Below the pieces are notes generated by a model. That model had not been told where the DNA came from. It was given only the letters and a program-made list of their open reading frames with translations, and did no database searches. DNA of 64,000 bases from a virus. Its lineage: Duplodnaviria; Caudoviricetes. The stretch's first letter is position 1; every line of letters begins with the position of its first letter. The DNA lies in IMG/VR virus record IMGVR_UViG_3300021375_000006. One strand, given 5' to 3'. The position numbers were made by a program, and so were the translations under genes. Positions 55,089 through 64,000 of the stretch are shown here, piece after piece.

Positions 55089-55460
55089 TTAGAATCTTTT
55101 ACCCATCGCAGCACCTAGAGCGGCACCGACTAATCTGGAAGTTAATAGATCGTAGAATATACCTTTTTGAATACCTAGTACTTTGGCTAACATCTTACCG
55201 ATAGATTTTCCTAGTGCAAAACCAGTTAAACCACCGATGATAGAACCTAAAAGACCCTCTTCAACTAGATCTTCTTCTAATCTATCTAAATCAAATTCAC
55301 CAGTCTCTTCATTTAAGTATTGTTTCACAAACTCTTCTAGAGCTTGGTCAACTTTTTCCTCTAATTCAGGAGTCCACTCAGACTGTAGGCCTTCTGTTAA
55401 TAGAGCCATATCAGTTTCTGTGAGTTGTTGTTCAACTAAGTAATCATTAAATGTTTTCAT
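55089..55460 (-). CDS. Putative internal virion protein: acidic TFNDY leader region plus C-terminal glycine-zipper helix
   Basis: MKTFNDYLVE...LVEE-GLLGSIIGGLTGFALGKSIGKMLAKVLG...LVGAALGAAMG. Confidence 0.6.
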   Translation of the reverse strand: MKTFNDYLVEQQLTETDMALLTEGLQSEWTPELEEKVDQALEEFVKQYLNEETGEFDLDRLEEDLVEEGLLGSIIGGLTGFALGKSIGKMLAKVLGIQKGIFYDLLTSRLVGAALGAAMGKRF

Positions 55461-55474
55461 AATGTATATATCGT

Positions 55475-56026
55475 TTAATCTATTTCTAAATCTAGGCTCA
55501 TCTTATTGTAAACAAAAGTACATTCAAATGTAGAAAAGTCAGCTACATTTTCTGACATATTTAGATTTAACTCGTTAATAGAGTTTAGTATTATTTTTTC
55601 AAATTTCATAAAAGCAACAGAACTGCCTTCTGCATCTAGAATCCTTAAAGTAAATGGTTCAATATAAGGCTCTTTAGTAGTTCTTGCATAATAGTATAAT
55701 AGAGTGTCCATCATAATCCAATAGTTAATAAAACCATCTAGTAACTGGAAAGTAACTGTAAATTCTCTTGTTATTGTATTTTGGATTGGGACTGCGCCTC
55801 TATGGTATCTAGTTGTACCGTCATTATCTGCTTGAGTAATTGGGTCAAATGTAATACCAGGAATATTAATCCCTTGGATAGAATAGTTAACAAAATCCAC
55901 TGGCTCTGCTAACAGTCCACCTGGAATTCTGTTTAAATACTTTTTGTACTTATCTACAACTTCCTCTGGAATAAACTTTCTAGGAAATCTAAAATCGTAT
56001 GCGTTATTTCTACTATTTAAAATCAT
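55475..56026 (-). CDS. Tail tube-like / tail completion protein (gp3/gp19 fold)
   Basis: SIQGINIPGITF...EFTVTFQL...NYWI...FECTFVY. Confidence 0.6.
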   Translation of the reverse strand: MILNSRNNAYDFRFPRKFIPEEVVDKYKKYLNRIPGGLLAEPVDFVNYSIQGINIPGITFDPITQADNDGTTRYHRGAVPIQNTITREFTVTFQLLDGFINYWIMMDTLLYYYARTTKEPYIEPFTLRILDAEGSSVAFMKFEKIILNSINELNLNMSENVADFSTFECTFVYNKMSLDLEID

Positions 56027-58095
56027 TATCCAAGAGTAAATTTACCTTTAGTAACCATAGATTCATCAACACCGTTATCTAAACTAATATAGAAATCTCG
56101 GTTTTGCATACCTCTAATCGAATTTGCATTTTGTTCGTTAATCTTAAATAAGACTTCACCTTTACCCATATCAATATCTTTATTATAGACATGGTTAAAC
56201 TTTAATTTAGATTTACCGTCATTAAAAGTTAAAATAACTAACTCAGCGTTTTCAAAAGATACTAATTCGAAATCATCACCTCTTTTCTTTGCAATCACAA
56301 ATTTAATATATGTAGAAAAAGGAGGGATTGTGATTGATAGATCTCCCTCGTTAACGAAATCAGAAGTATCAAACTCTTCAACCTCTTTTAACATCTCATT
56401 ATTACCTGTACCTGTAAGTTCTACTTTAGCAGAAGAAGCAATTACATTATGTCTTTCAATAAATGTAGGCACGTACTTTGTTGATCTTGGTAAATTATCT
56501 GTAATAAAACCAGAGATCGTTTTGTTAGAAGTTAAACTAGGTAAAACGTTGTAAACTTCCGTCAATATATTTGGGTTGTCAATTTTAAGAGTAGATAATT
56601 TCTTGCCATATTTAGCTGGGTAGTTTACTGTTAAAGCTGCTTTCTTTACAATTTGAGTATTATCTGTTTGATTGTAAATTCTCATCGTCACATCGATCGA
56701 GAAGTTAACCGCAACATTAGCATTTTTAATCACAGGTCTAAAGACAATAGGTGTACTAAAGTCTTCATATTGTGTAAATGTAGTATCTGATGTTTTAATA
56801 AAAGACGTACCCACTTGTTCAAATACTTCAATGTCATATATTACAACAATGTCATCTGAGCTGGTTTGAATTCTATTTAATATATTACTTTCAAAGCCGG
56901 AAATTGAATTATCTTTTTCTCCGTAAATATTAAAGTAATCTCCATCTTCAGCATCTTCAACTACTACGGTAAAATCAGAATACTCATCTTCTCTAGAAAC
57001 TGTAAATTTATTCTCTTCTCCGGTATAGACATAATCAAAACCTGCTATAGTTTCTAATCTATCTAGTAGTTTAAAATTAATACCATAATTAGCAAGTGGA
57101 TTTATATCACTAGTATTAAGAGTACCATCACCATAAAATCTATCTAAGAACTCTTGGTTCTGTCCGATTAATGATGGGATTTTAATATTAATATATTTAG
57201 ACCAAAGTACTTCACCTAAAATAAATGGTTTAGGATTTGAAAATTCATAGTTACTTTGATTTAAGTAGACTAGTTGAGTTAAAAAGTTTTTAATACCAGT
57301 GTTTCTTTCAGTAGTTACCTCGAATAGAAAACCTTCATAACCTCTTGCTGCAAAACTAAATCCAGATCTTAAGTGTAGTCTAACTGTATCATATTGGATA
57401 TAGTTAATATTTTGAGTTGCTTCAGTCTGATAATTTAATAAATCGTTTTCTCTAGAACCTGTCCATTCAACTGCATTATTAATAAAATTATGCATTTCAT
57501 AATCTCCGGTAGAGTCGTAACCCAATAATGCATATTTAGTTTTATCGCCACCAGGTGCGTTAATAGCATGGTATCTACCAATAGTCTGATTAAGATCATT
57601 ACCTGTTGCTTCGTCCGGTGAAGCAAATAGAGGGTTAGCTCTAGTATCAACAATAGCTTTACCACCAATTAAACCAGGGTATGAATATTCTACTGTACCA
57701 TTTTGGTTCGGGGTATATTCTGCGATATTAGTTATTGCTGAGAATGAATAAATACCCAATTCACCGCTAATTGCAAAATCAGCTGGATTAGGTAAAGCGC
57801 TTAAATCAAACTTATATGTCTTTCCATTTTGTAGAAGTAAAGTTCTAGCTGCAAAATTCTCAACAGCTAAATAACCAGATATAGATGTCACATCAAAATT
57901 CACTACCGCAGAACCTAACTCATTAATTAAGTGCCTAGTACTGAAAGGATCTCCCTGGACTGTGTCTAAGAACATCACTTCACTACCATTATCGTCTACT
58001 TCTATACGATATGGCTCAGGATTACCCTGGTCGTGGTAGATAAACTCAAGTAAGATGTCTTGGTCTATCTTAAAATATCTGGATGATTGCGCCAT
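56026..58095 (-). CDS. Probable virion structural protein (baseplate/tail region)
   Basis: 689 aa, beta-rich, located in the tail operon; no specific motif recognised. Confidence 0.5.
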   Translation of the reverse strand: MAQSSRYFKIDQDILLEFIYHDQGNPEPYRIEVDDNGSEVMFLDTVQGDPFSTRHLINELGSAVVNFDVTSISGYLAVENFAARTLLLQNGKTYKFDLSALPNPADFAISGELGIYSFSAITNIAEYTPNQNGTVEYSYPGLIGGKAIVDTRANPLFASPDEATGNDLNQTIGRYHAINAPGGDKTKYALLGYDSTGDYEMHNFINNAVEWTGSRENDLLNYQTEATQNINYIQYDTVRLHLRSGFSFAARGYEGFLFEVTTERNTGIKNFLTQLVYLNQSNYEFSNPKPFILGEVLWSKYINIKIPSLIGQNQEFLDRFYGDGTLNTSDINPLANYGINFKLLDRLETIAGFDYVYTGEENKFTVSREDEYSDFTVVVEDAEDGDYFNIYGEKDNSISGFESNILNRIQTSSDDIVVIYDIEVFEQVGTSFIKTSDTTFTQYEDFSTPIVFRPVIKNANVAVNFSIDVTMRIYNQTDNTQIVKKAALTVNYPAKYGKKLSTLKIDNPNILTEVYNVLPSLTSNKTISGFITDNLPRSTKYVPTFIERHNVIASSAKVELTGTGNNEMLKEVEEFDTSDFVNEGDLSITIPPFSTYIKFVIAKKRGDDFELVSFENAELVILTFNDGKSKLKFNHVYNKDIDMGKGEVLFKINEQNANSIRGMQNRDFYISLDNGVDESMVTKGKFTLG

Positions 58096-58098
58096 GTT

Positions 58099-58905
58099 TT
58101 AAAATTGTAAAAATTTAGGTGACCAGTAAAGTCCCACGCCTATTGAAGGCCCTGTGCTAATTACTTGATCGTTATTTAAGTTAATACCATATCCAACTCC
58201 AAAACCAACTAACCATCTAGATTTCTTTTGGTCTTGTCTATTTAATCTGCTATTTACTAAATTAATATTTTCAATATCTTTAATTTCTAATCCAGGGTAG
58301 CTTGTAGATAATTTTAATCTATCAGCACCATCTACGTTCTCAATTGCTGCCATTAAGCTTAGAGTTTGTATTAACTCAAATTTAGTTTCTAATACTTTAA
58401 ATTGTTCAAATTCATATTTAAAGGTAGAAAACCCTGTTAATTCTCTAGAGTTACCATTGCCAAAATCTTCAGCAGATGAAAATGTAACCCTAGTAGTTGT
58501 CGTGTCTATAGTCTCAGTTGTAGTAGTTACATCTAGACTATCTTTAATTTTTAAGTTAGCTGAGATTAACGAGTTAACCTCTTTTAAATCTTTATTTAAC
58601 GCTAACGCTTTCTGATACTTCTTCGTTAACTTAGTTTGACTAGATTGCATATTTGATAAATCAAATTCATACGATCTAATCTGAGCAAGCTGGTCGCCAT
58701 TATCATTTCTTAATATAGTAACAGAGTCTTGAGCTGCTTTAAAATTATTAAGTTGTCTATCAGCATCTTCTTGTGCTAACTTGACGTCTTGTTTTAAATT
58801 CTCAATACTGTTACACTGTCTAAGAAATAACATAACGACAAGAGCTCCAGCGATAAATGTCACTAGAGTCTTGTTCGAGAGTATATTTTTTATTTTGTCT
58901 TTCAT
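58099..58905 (-). CDS. Membrane-anchored coiled-coil protein, possible spanin-like lysis protein
   Basis: N-terminal TM helix (TLVTFIAGALVVMLFL), coiled coil, C-terminal WLVGFGVGYG...GVGLYW beta hairpin. Confidence 0.45.
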   Translation of the reverse strand: MKDKIKNILSNKTLVTFIAGALVVMLFLRQCNSIENLKQDVKLAQEDADRQLNNFKAAQDSVTILRNDNGDQLAQIRSYEFDLSNMQSSQTKLTKKYQKALALNKDLKEVNSLISANLKIKDSLDVTTTTETIDTTTTRVTFSSAEDFGNGNSRELTGFSTFKYEFEQFKVLETKFELIQTLSLMAAIENVDGADRLKLSTSYPGLEIKDIENINLVNSRLNRQDQKKSRWLVGFGVGYGINLNNDQVISTGPSIGVGLYWSPKFLQF

Positions 58906-58923
58906 AATTTAATTTTTATAGGC

Positions 58924-61008
58924 TTACGAACAAGTCCCTTCAAAGGTTATAGTACCGTTACCTGATGACCATGTTGGACCGCCCGGGAATAAATCGTAAT
59001 CAACCTCATGACATATTGTCATTGAAGGAGTTCCGTAGCCAGGACAACCGGGGTGGACTTGACCAATTGGAGATGACATTTGTACAGTTCCGTCACAATC
59101 ACGCCATTGGAGTATATTACACTCGTTCGTGTATGAACTAGTTACAGTATACTCGTTACAAAGCGGTGGTGCTTGTGTTGTCGCCGGAGTTTGTGTTGTT
59201 GTCGCAACAATATTCCATCTTGCCCAAAGATTTAATTTATCATAAATTCCATCAACCCCTGTATATGCTGATATTGGTGGTTGGTCTCCAGTACTATAAA
59301 CTGTACCAGTACCCATATAACTAGTATTCCAAGAATCAAATGTGTAACCGTCGCGTACGTATGCTGTATTAGCGTATACTGATAATGGGTGTGTACCAGT
59401 TTGATCTGGGATTCCCGTTGACCCACTACCAAGAGTACCACCATTAGGATCGTAACTAATCTTGTATACAGGTGTACCAACTGCAGTATCTTGTGCAACC
59501 ACTTGGGCTCCTGCGTTACTATATCCACTAGGTACTGTAAGAACTAAAGAATAAGTCTCTGAACCTTCTACCATAATTGATGGGTTAAACGTTACTACGC
59601 TAGGACCATTCTGTGCCCAAGTCCATTGGGTTGTGCTACCTTCTACGCCGTCACTAACAGATAGGCCAGCCATCGATGCTGTATATTCTGGTAAAGGAGC
59701 TTGTGTTGTCGCCGGAGCTTGTGTTGTTGTCGCCGGAGCTTGTGTTGTTGTCGCCGGAACAGCGTTCTGTGAAACAGAGATAGTTCCTATCGTATTCGGA
59801 TCTTGTGGGTGTTTAATAGATAAGCTACCACTTCTAGCAGAATATGATGTGTTCGCTTCTACTGTAATATCAATAGAACCTGCAACAGATGCATCAAAAG
59901 TAATCCAGCTAGGTTTACTAGTAATATCACTTGCACTAAATATTAAGTTATCAACAGGACCTGTTTGAATAAACAGTTCTATACCTCCTCCTGCATTACT
60001 CAATCCTGTAAGTACATTTGGATTTTCAAAGCTAATTGTATAATTAGTTGGTGCTTGTGTAGTTGTCACCGGAGCTTGCGTTGTCGTAGTCACTTGAACA
60101 CCAGCCCAATCATTACCAGTATTATCATACTCGTAACTTTCAGTAGGTGGCGTTAATCCAATACTTGGATCGATTGATGTATAAGGAGTACCATATTGAT
60201 TAACTAAAAGATCTCCGTCTGGTTCGATGTTAATAGTATAACCTCCACCGCCTTGACCACAAGGAGCCATACAGAAGTCTACCCAAGTAATATTAGTACC
60301 GTCAGAAATACCACCTTGGAATACATTAGTACTAGAGTTATATCTAATAAGACCTGTATCTGGAGATAATGTATTATTTGCAGGTACTTTAAATGATGAG
60401 TTATCTGCAATAGAAAATCTATTAAAAGCAGCATTAAACTCTACATTAACTGCAGCATCTAAATCAAATGATTTTCCAAAAGTATATTTAACAGAGTTAT
60501 CTGCCTCATCGCTAGAAGATATATCAATAGATACATTTTTACCATTATTATCAGCACCGTGCCATAGTCTTAAATATTCATCAGAGTCTAAACCGCCTTG
60601 TACGCCCTGTGCATGTTTACCAATAGTTAATGTAGCTCTTAAAGTAGTCCAACCATCTGCTGGTGTATTTTCATTAAAAGTCTGATCCCCTAAAAATATA
60701 GTAGGGTGTAAATTATCAGTTGTAATTTTAGGCTTTAATATAGAATAAGTCTCATTAGCTGAGTCAGGATTGACATTAATAACATGCCATGGTGAAGTTG
60801 TAGCGCCTGTTAAACCTTGTGGCCCAACATCACCTTTTTGCCCCTTGCTACCAGTGTTACCCTTGGTACCTTGTATACCTTGGGAACCCTTCTGACCAGA
60901 AGGACCTCCTCCATTCGCTACAATTTGATCAAAGTTATAGTTTATCTTCTCAAACTTAATAGCGTCCGAATCACTAGGGTGTAGTATTTCTTGTATATTA
61001 ATGGCCAT
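58924..61008 (-). CDS. Fibre/adhesin with collagen repeat, BACON-like domain, InlB B-repeat-like domain and Thr/Pro-rich linkers
   Basis: (GxY)n at the N-terminus; SWIT...TVEANT...RSGSLSI...SVSQ; ISYDPNGG...RDGYTFDSWNT...LWARW; TTTQAP repeats. Confidence 0.7.
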   Translation of the reverse strand: MAINIQEILHPSDSDAIKFEKINYNFDQIVANGGGPSGQKGSQGIQGTKGNTGSKGQKGDVGPQGLTGATTSPWHVINVNPDSANETYSILKPKITTDNLHPTIFLGDQTFNENTPADGWTTLRATLTIGKHAQGVQGGLDSDEYLRLWHGADNNGKNVSIDISSSDEADNSVKYTFGKSFDLDAAVNVEFNAAFNRFSIADNSSFKVPANNTLSPDTGLIRYNSSTNVFQGGISDGTNITWVDFCMAPCGQGGGGYTINIEPDGDLLVNQYGTPYTSIDPSIGLTPPTESYEYDNTGNDWAGVQVTTTTQAPVTTTQAPTNYTISFENPNVLTGLSNAGGGIELFIQTGPVDNLIFSASDITSKPSWITFDASVAGSIDITVEANTSYSARSGSLSIKHPQDPNTIGTISVSQNAVPATTTQAPATTTQAPATTQAPLPEYTASMAGLSVSDGVEGSTTQWTWAQNGPSVVTFNPSIMVEGSETYSLVLTVPSGYSNAGAQVVAQDTAVGTPVYKISYDPNGGTLGSGSTGIPDQTGTHPLSVYANTAYVRDGYTFDSWNTSYMGTGTVYSTGDQPPISAYTGVDGIYDKLNLWARWNIVATTTQTPATTQAPPLCNEYTVTSSYTNECNILQWRDCDGTVQMSSPIGQVHPGCPGYGTPSMTICHEVDYDLFPGGPTWSSGNGTITFEGTCS
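59696..59758 (-). repeat. Coding tandem repeat (ATTTQAP)n
   Basis: 18/21-bp units GGAGCTTGTGTTGT(TGT)CGCC; further copies near 59170 and 60050. Confidence 0.9.
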
Positions 61009-61012
61009 CTTC

Positions 61013-64000
61013 TTATGACGTTATTTTTATCATAGGTCTTATTCTATAAGAGTAACCTAATCTTTTATTATATATCAATCTAAAATTAAGGGGCTTTTGT
61101 TCGTGCGCCTTAAAAGTAAAGTTTTGGTCTTGTGTATATCCACCATCGTCTAATGCGTCGATAGTAGCTGCATTTTCAAAAGCTGAAAACTGTCCTTTGA
61201 TTCTACGCGTAAATAGCTTAATTTGATTTAAGCTAAATAGGTTGACCAAATTTTCTTCAATATAAAGTTGGGCATCATCAACCAAAGTGGTTTTATCTTC
61301 AGCAGAATCAGCCACGGCAACATATTGTTGAATTGCATTGAATACTCCATCCGACGATAATTTATTTTTAATAGTATCTGTAATATAAAAATCTACAATA
61401 ATGTTATCTTTATTTTCAAATATAACTAAATCAGTAGTATTAGTATTATCTAATAAAATTACGTCTTGTTCTTCTTCTGACCCAACATACTCTGAAGTAA
61501 AATTAAGTAAATTATAGCTATCTTTTACTTTCATAATAGTTGAAGCCAAATATGATTTCTCTTCTTTAGTTTCAAATGTACCAGGTACCTGTTCAATATT
61601 TCCACCGGATAAAGATCTAGTATAATAGTTTTTATCCCATGAAGATTTAAACACATGTACGTCTTTTTTATCAATAGCAACTTCACCAATTAATGGGTAA
61701 AGAGGTAGTTTATCTGTAGACGTAGATAGTTTAGTTACCGATGCGGCGTTAAATTCATTTACCTTTCTATAGAAATGGTTTTTAATATAACCCCATTGAT
61801 TATCATGAGTACCACCGTCGTATATAAATCCTAAGTTAAATGCAACACCACATCTATTATATCTCTTATAGTAATCTTTTGCAAGATTAATTTCATTTAT
61901 ATCTGTTAGAGAGTGTTTATACATTTGTTCTTCTAAAATTATCTCTGTAGAATCCGATGTACTCTGTAAAGTATTAGTTTTCATGTGGCCATATACATCT
62001 GTAAAAGTAACCACAGGTTTAGTATCAACTGTATATCCACCATTTTGTCTAACTAGGAATGGATAGTATGTAAAACCATCTGTTAAATCATAACCAATAT
62101 TACCTGAAAACAGTTTAAAAGATTCTGGCTTATCCGTATCAGGAATAGTTTGTACTTTAGAGTCTTTTACAATTTCAGTACCATCTTCTAAATTAATAAC
62201 AAACTGGTTATTTAAAACTTGACCATCATTATTTACGGTTGTAAATACTATATTGTTAGGTTCTCTTAATAACATTGTCGCTACATCTCTAGCGGATAAT
62301 GCGTCTAAAATAGATTTATATGCATTTATACCTCCTTTTTCATAAGTATATTCTGCAGTTGATTGTAAATACGCAGGTATATTTTGTAAATTTGCATTTG
62401 GTGTTAGTGGAACACCATTTGAATCTAACTCGTCACCATTATCACCATCTGAAATATCTTTAGGTGGTTGTGTTAATACTAAAGTATCTTGTCCATCTAA
62501 CCTTGCGATATTTAATCTTAAGAACATCTCACCGAATGGAGATTCTATCTTAACTATTAAGTTACCAAACTTAGAATCATCATCCTTATTAATTTGCTCT
62601 AAAAATTGAGGAATTGAACCATCAGTATGCTGGAATCCATTTACCTCTAAATAATTAGAAGCACTTGGGTCTGTAAAATTAGCATCTCGTAAGTTAAGAG
62701 CTCCATCAATTTTAATATCTGAATATTCAAATGTTAGGTTTTCTGCTTTCCAAACTAATGAATGGTTTAATTCATATAATAATTTTCTGTTTAAAGTACC
62801 ATCTGACCATAAATCATCTAGACTTAATGAAATCATAAAGACAACAAATTTAAACTTTTTATTTTGTATCACTTCATAGTCGATACCATTTGATTCTTGT
62901 GCTGTTTTTACATTTAGTAAAATACTAAATCTATATCCATTAAATTCAGAAGACTTAATAAAATCTACTGGATTAGAGGCAGTAAACTCTTTTCTACCTT
63001 TAAATATAAATTTCAAACCTTTAAATATAGTACTTGCAAATGCAGTATTATTACCACCTTCGACTCTAGCATACTTTTTCTGTCTAGCTGTTTTTACAAA
63101 AGTCTTATAGTTATTATTACCCTTTGTCTCAAATCCTTCTGTTACAAAGAATCTATCAAAATAATCATAATTAGTATCTTTAAATATAGCAGGAGTAATC
63201 TCAAAGTTATCCATAAAGTTAATATAACTAAAAGAATCATTTAGCCTATATACAGGATTAGCATCACTACCCACGTTATTCTTAAAATAAGCTGGTAAAT
63301 TATTAATGTAAAACCACTCATGAGTCATACCTAATCTATTTCTACCATCGGCAGATAAATCAGGTGCAAAATTAGATCTACCGAAAGCCTCATTAGCGTT
63401 TAGGTAGTATGGTTGTTCTCTAACAGTTAAGCTATCTTTTAAAACCCATTTATTAATAGAAGGTACTACTCTTGAATTGATAGCATATTCTTTTAAATAG
63501 TTTTCTTGTAATCTATCAAACTCACTAGTAATTTGATTTTCATTAAACTCATCTGCTTGTTCTTCTAATAAAATATCACTTAATCCGCTAAAATAATCAA
63601 CTGGATTTAACGTATATTCTGTGTTCTCTTTACTACCAAATGGGTATATGTCATTTGAATCATCTTGTTCAGGCTCGTATGCTATATTAGCAGGAGTCTC
63701 GTAAACTAACTCTTTTAAGTCTGAGTTTGAAGTATCATAAAAATCAAAATTCATATCATGAATATCAAACGCAGAAAATAAACCTACTTTAACTAGATTA
63801 TCTGCATAGGTTTTAATTTCACCAGCCTCAATCGTATTAGGTTTTTCCAATACAATTTTCTTATATTGTAAAGGTAATCTTTCAATATCATCTACAATAT
63901 CAATAACTTTATTATAGATCCCTCTAGATTTTGTATTAATATAATCATTTACATTAATATCACTAGCAGAATCTAATGTTACTAATATTGATTTGCCAGT
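61013..64000 (-). CDS. Large virion structural protein, probably baseplate/tail (5' end outside window)
   Basis: The frame stays open from the track start at 63850 to the window edge; more than 990 aa, N/D/F-rich. Confidence 0.6.
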   Translation of the reverse strand, partial: TGKSILVTLDSASDINVNDYINTKSRGIYNKVIDIVDDIERLPLQYKKIVLEKPNTIEAGEIKTYADNLVKVGLFSAFDIHDMNFDFYDTSNSDLKELVYETPANIAYEPEQDDSNDIYPFGSKENTEYTLNPVDYFSGLSDILLEEQADEFNENQITSEFDRLQENYLKEYAINSRVVPSINKWVLKDSLTVREQPYYLNANEAFGRSNFAPDLSADGRNRLGMTHEWFYINNLPAYFKNNVGSDANPVYRLNDSFSYINFMDNFEITPAIFKDTNYDYFDRFFVTEGFETKGNNNYKTFVKTARQKKYARVEGGNNTAFASTIFKGLKFIFKGRKEFTASNPVDFIKSSEFNGYRFSILLNVKTAQESNGIDYEVIQNKKFKFVVFMISLSLDDLWSDGTLNRKLLYELNHSLVWKAENLTFEYSDIKIDGALNLRDANFTDPSASNYLEVNGFQHTDGSIPQFLEQINKDDDSKFGNLIVKIESPFGEMFLRLNIARLDGQDTLVLTQPPKDISDGDNGDELDSNGVPLTPNANLQNIPAYLQSTAEYTYEKGGINAYKSILDALSARDVATMLLREPNNIVFTTVNNDGQVLNNQFVINLEDGTEIVKDSKVQTIPDTDKPESFKLFSGNIGYDLTDGFTYYPFLVRQNGGYTVDTKPVVTFTDVYGHMKTNTLQSTSDSTEIILEEQMYKHSLTDINEINLAKDYYKRYNRCGVAFNLGFIYDGGTHDNQWGYIKNHFYRKVNEFNAASVTKLSTSTDKLPLYPLIGEVAIDKKDVHVFKSSWDKNYYTRSLSGGNIEQVPGTFETKEEKSYLASTIMKVKDSYNLLNFTSEYVGSEEEQDVILLDNTNTTDLVIFENKDNIIVDFYITDTIKNKLSSDGVFNAIQQYVAVADSAEDKTTLVDDAQLYIEENLVNLFSLNQIKLFTRRIKGQFSAFENAATIDALDDGGYTQDQNFTFKAHEQKPLNFRLIYNKRLGYSYRIRPMIKITS

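Noticed and set aside
1-64000. Stop-codon reassignment as in some jumbo phages
   Set aside because: All conserved genes are full length in code 11, and TAG ends genes at sensible positions (e.g. 16479, 37268).

Overview
64 kb, AT-rich fragment of a large T4-like (Tevenvirinae-type core) myophage, probably a jumbo phage of a marine Flavobacteriia/Bacteroidota host. The host is inferred from A-rich SD-less translation starts, a TAnnTTTG-like early promoter element, a GH17 and a BACON domain. Almost all genes are on the minus strand and the standard code is used. Contents: head module (major capsid, fused prohead protease-scaffold, portal, gp2, gp4); short gp55 late sigma; replication/recombination genes (RNase H, clamp loader, gp46/47, gp41, UvsX/W/Y, primase, gp32, RuvC-like resolvase); a family-B polymerase split into two genes separated by clamp, nrdA and nrdB; a candidate DNA-hypermodification cluster; a GH17 glucanase; and tail/fibre genes at both ends. 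The most unusual element is a ~10 kb late operon (38173-47967) plus scattered genes. Their products share an N-terminal F-E-x-F-L-x-E motif and are built as strings of unrelated 60-140 aa modules separated by ES-x-V-[NT]-E linkers resembling prohead-protease sites. The working hypothesis is a capsid-packaged, protease-processed polyprotein cargo system that includes ligase-fold and HxGH nucleotidyltransferases. Three recurring promoter motifs and several structured intergenic elements are also visible. All family assignments come from motif recognition only; no database searches were run.
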